Shown: in pieces, positions 62,036 to 64,000 of the stretch
How the letters are laid out: each line of letters begins with the position of its first letter
Numbering within the stretch: position 1 is the stretch's first letter
Assembly: GCF_030144855.1 (NCBI RefSeq)
Contig: NC_082707.1
Span: 39,432,001 to 39,496,000, forward strand
DNA length: 64,000 nt
Direction of reading: 5' to 3'
From: Hypanus sabinus
Lineage: Eukaryota
Made by a program: the position numbers and the translations under genes
The notes under the pieces: model-generated
The model's input: the letters and a program-made list of their open reading frames with translations, nothing else
What the model was told of the DNA's origin: nothing
Database searches by the model: none

Positions 62036-64000
62036 GTAAGTGAGATCTCCGAATAACAGTTGGCACCATGTAAACAGTGGGATGCGGGCGCGCGCGGCGC
62101 GTGTCTCGCCGATGACCACGAGCGGGGGCTGGGCGTGGGACTCGGGGACTTTGATTACACGCACCATATGAAAGTTTCGACTTCTGGTAGTTTGCCCAGG
62201 GGAAGACTAGGCAAGTATAGAGGAAATATGCAGATGCCGGAAATCTGAAGTATGCAAAATCCTAAAGTAATGGAAATACTTACAGGTCAGTTAGTATTTA
62301 TTGGGGGGAATTCATGTTTCAGGGAGGTAGATTCCAGGGAATTGGAATTGCACAGTGATCAAGATTTCACAACCCTCAAGTAAAGGATCATTTAGGTTAT
62401 CTTCACTCTGTGAAGCACCAACCCATCTTTGTTTTAAATGATCAGCCTTAATCTTGTAAGTTTCCTTCAAGATCTCGACGAATGGAAATATTGTCATTTG
62501 TACGATATGTATTTAAATGTTTCATTAAAATCTTGGAAGGATCGAAGAATATAAGTGTAATAATTTAATTTATTTTAGCCATTCATGATGGGACAGGAAT
62601 TAGCTCGGTTTCTGTTGGACTGTCTGGTATATCAAGACTTTTGTATCAGCTTTGCAAATATAGTACACCTAGTTTTTCCTTTATCAACTCTGCAAGTTTA
62701 ATCATCATAAAAACTAGCAATTTTTCAAAATTGATTTAACTTTTACGAGGTCATGTTTGCCTAGTTTTATTACATGAATCCTCTCCAAATGATCAGTTAA
62801 TTTTCCTTGATTGTTAATCATTGGTTTAACACTATTGATTTCTAACGTTGGGTTCAGCATTAGTAATTTCTTTCCTCCCATAAATGCTGCTCATTCTCCC
62901 CCGCCCAGTTCTTCCAGCAGGTTGTTTGTTGCTCCAATATCAATAAAACACTTTTCTAAGCAAGGGAAGTAAAATGATGTACAGCTTATAGATGTGGCCT
63001 CACTAGTACCTTGTTCAACGATCTCTGCAGTTTTATTCTTTAAAACCTGCAGATGCAGGTCATTGGGATCTGGCAACTTGCGTTCTTTAGTCCCATTGGA
63101 TTTCCTAACACCTTTCCCCTTGTGATAGAACTGCTGTTTCTTTTTTTGAGTATTTAGAACTAGATGTTGTAAAAAATTGTTTACAGTTGGAGCTGTTGAG
63201 GGGTGAGAAATTGTTATCAATGACGACATTGGAATTGTCAAATTTGAGGAGTACCAGTAGGTCTGAGATGTTTCACTCATGTTGCCAATTGTTTTAAGTT
63301 TTCCATCTTGTGCTCAAAAACATAAATATTAATGAACATACTAAAACGTCAGGAGTTTCATTGCTATGCCATTATGAGTAAACACCAAGAGTTTCAAAGT
63401 AAAGATTTCAAATACTTTTGCTTCTCATTTGTTGTTAATTTATTCCCTATACTTCATTGTTTGTGCTATTTATCTTTAACTGTTAAACTTCTTAAATTTC
63501 AACATTACTCTTTTCATTGTTCTTCGGGATGAGCTAACAACGGGACATCAGTATATTTCTTTGATCAACTAAAACTTAACTTCAAATACTGTTTTAAGCT
63601 GGTTCATTGATGAATCTTATGAATTCTTGACATGTAAACTTTAATCATGCTGTGTGTGCAGGTGTGCAGCAGGCTGATGTCATTTGGATAAGCTTTTGAA
63701 TGTTGTCAGATGTTGCAAAGTTGTTTCATGCACTTACTTTACGGAGTTTTGGAAATGTGCTTTTTGAGTCCACAATATAGTAATGGAATGTTTAGGCACT
63801 GCGTTAGGAAATGGAATTCTACTTTGCTTTTGTGTTTCGTGCCATTTTTATGATCTTTTGTTGAGACCTATTTAAGTTGTTCTTCTGTCTCAGAAATTAA
63901 AATGAGATGGTATTGAGTGTGTAGTGACCAACATAATTTTAAAATCATCCAAAATGTCACATATTTACAGATGTGCATAATTTATTATTTATTACATTTC

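Overview
Vertebrate genomic DNA; the repeat content (Penelope-like, CR1, Rex-Babar, V-SINE) suggests a cartilaginous fish, probably a ray (inference). Host genes: a complete FYTTD1/UIF (+ strand, 10 coding exons, 12775-49537, 966-nt CDS, 321 aa, assembled by hand from GT-AG junctions with consistent phases) and coding exon 1 of LRCH3 (61777-62035), in the same order as at human 3q29. The first ~9 kb is a nest of four LTR elements: a class I endogenous retrovirus (pol-env-3'LTR), a probable Gmr1-like Gypsy, a young GC-rich Gypsy and an antisense gag-pro remnant. Introns and intergenic DNA contain CR1, Rex-Babar, a 5'-inverted L1, Penelope-like elements, V-SINEs, Tigger and hAT elements and solo LTRs. 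Most notable: (1) the ERV env has a filovirus-GP2/ASLV-like internal-fusion-loop TM, a CX6C-I motif and two furin sites; (2) minimal hammerhead-ribozyme motifs in Penelope-like terminal repeats; (3) a twin-primed L1 with a 14-bp TSD just upstream of FYTTD1 exon 3; (4) an extra 36-nt FYTTD1 microexon; (5) a candidate non-autonomous retroposon carrying a Rex-Babar tail. Boundaries of old repeats are approximate, and all homology calls rest on motif recognition, not database searches.
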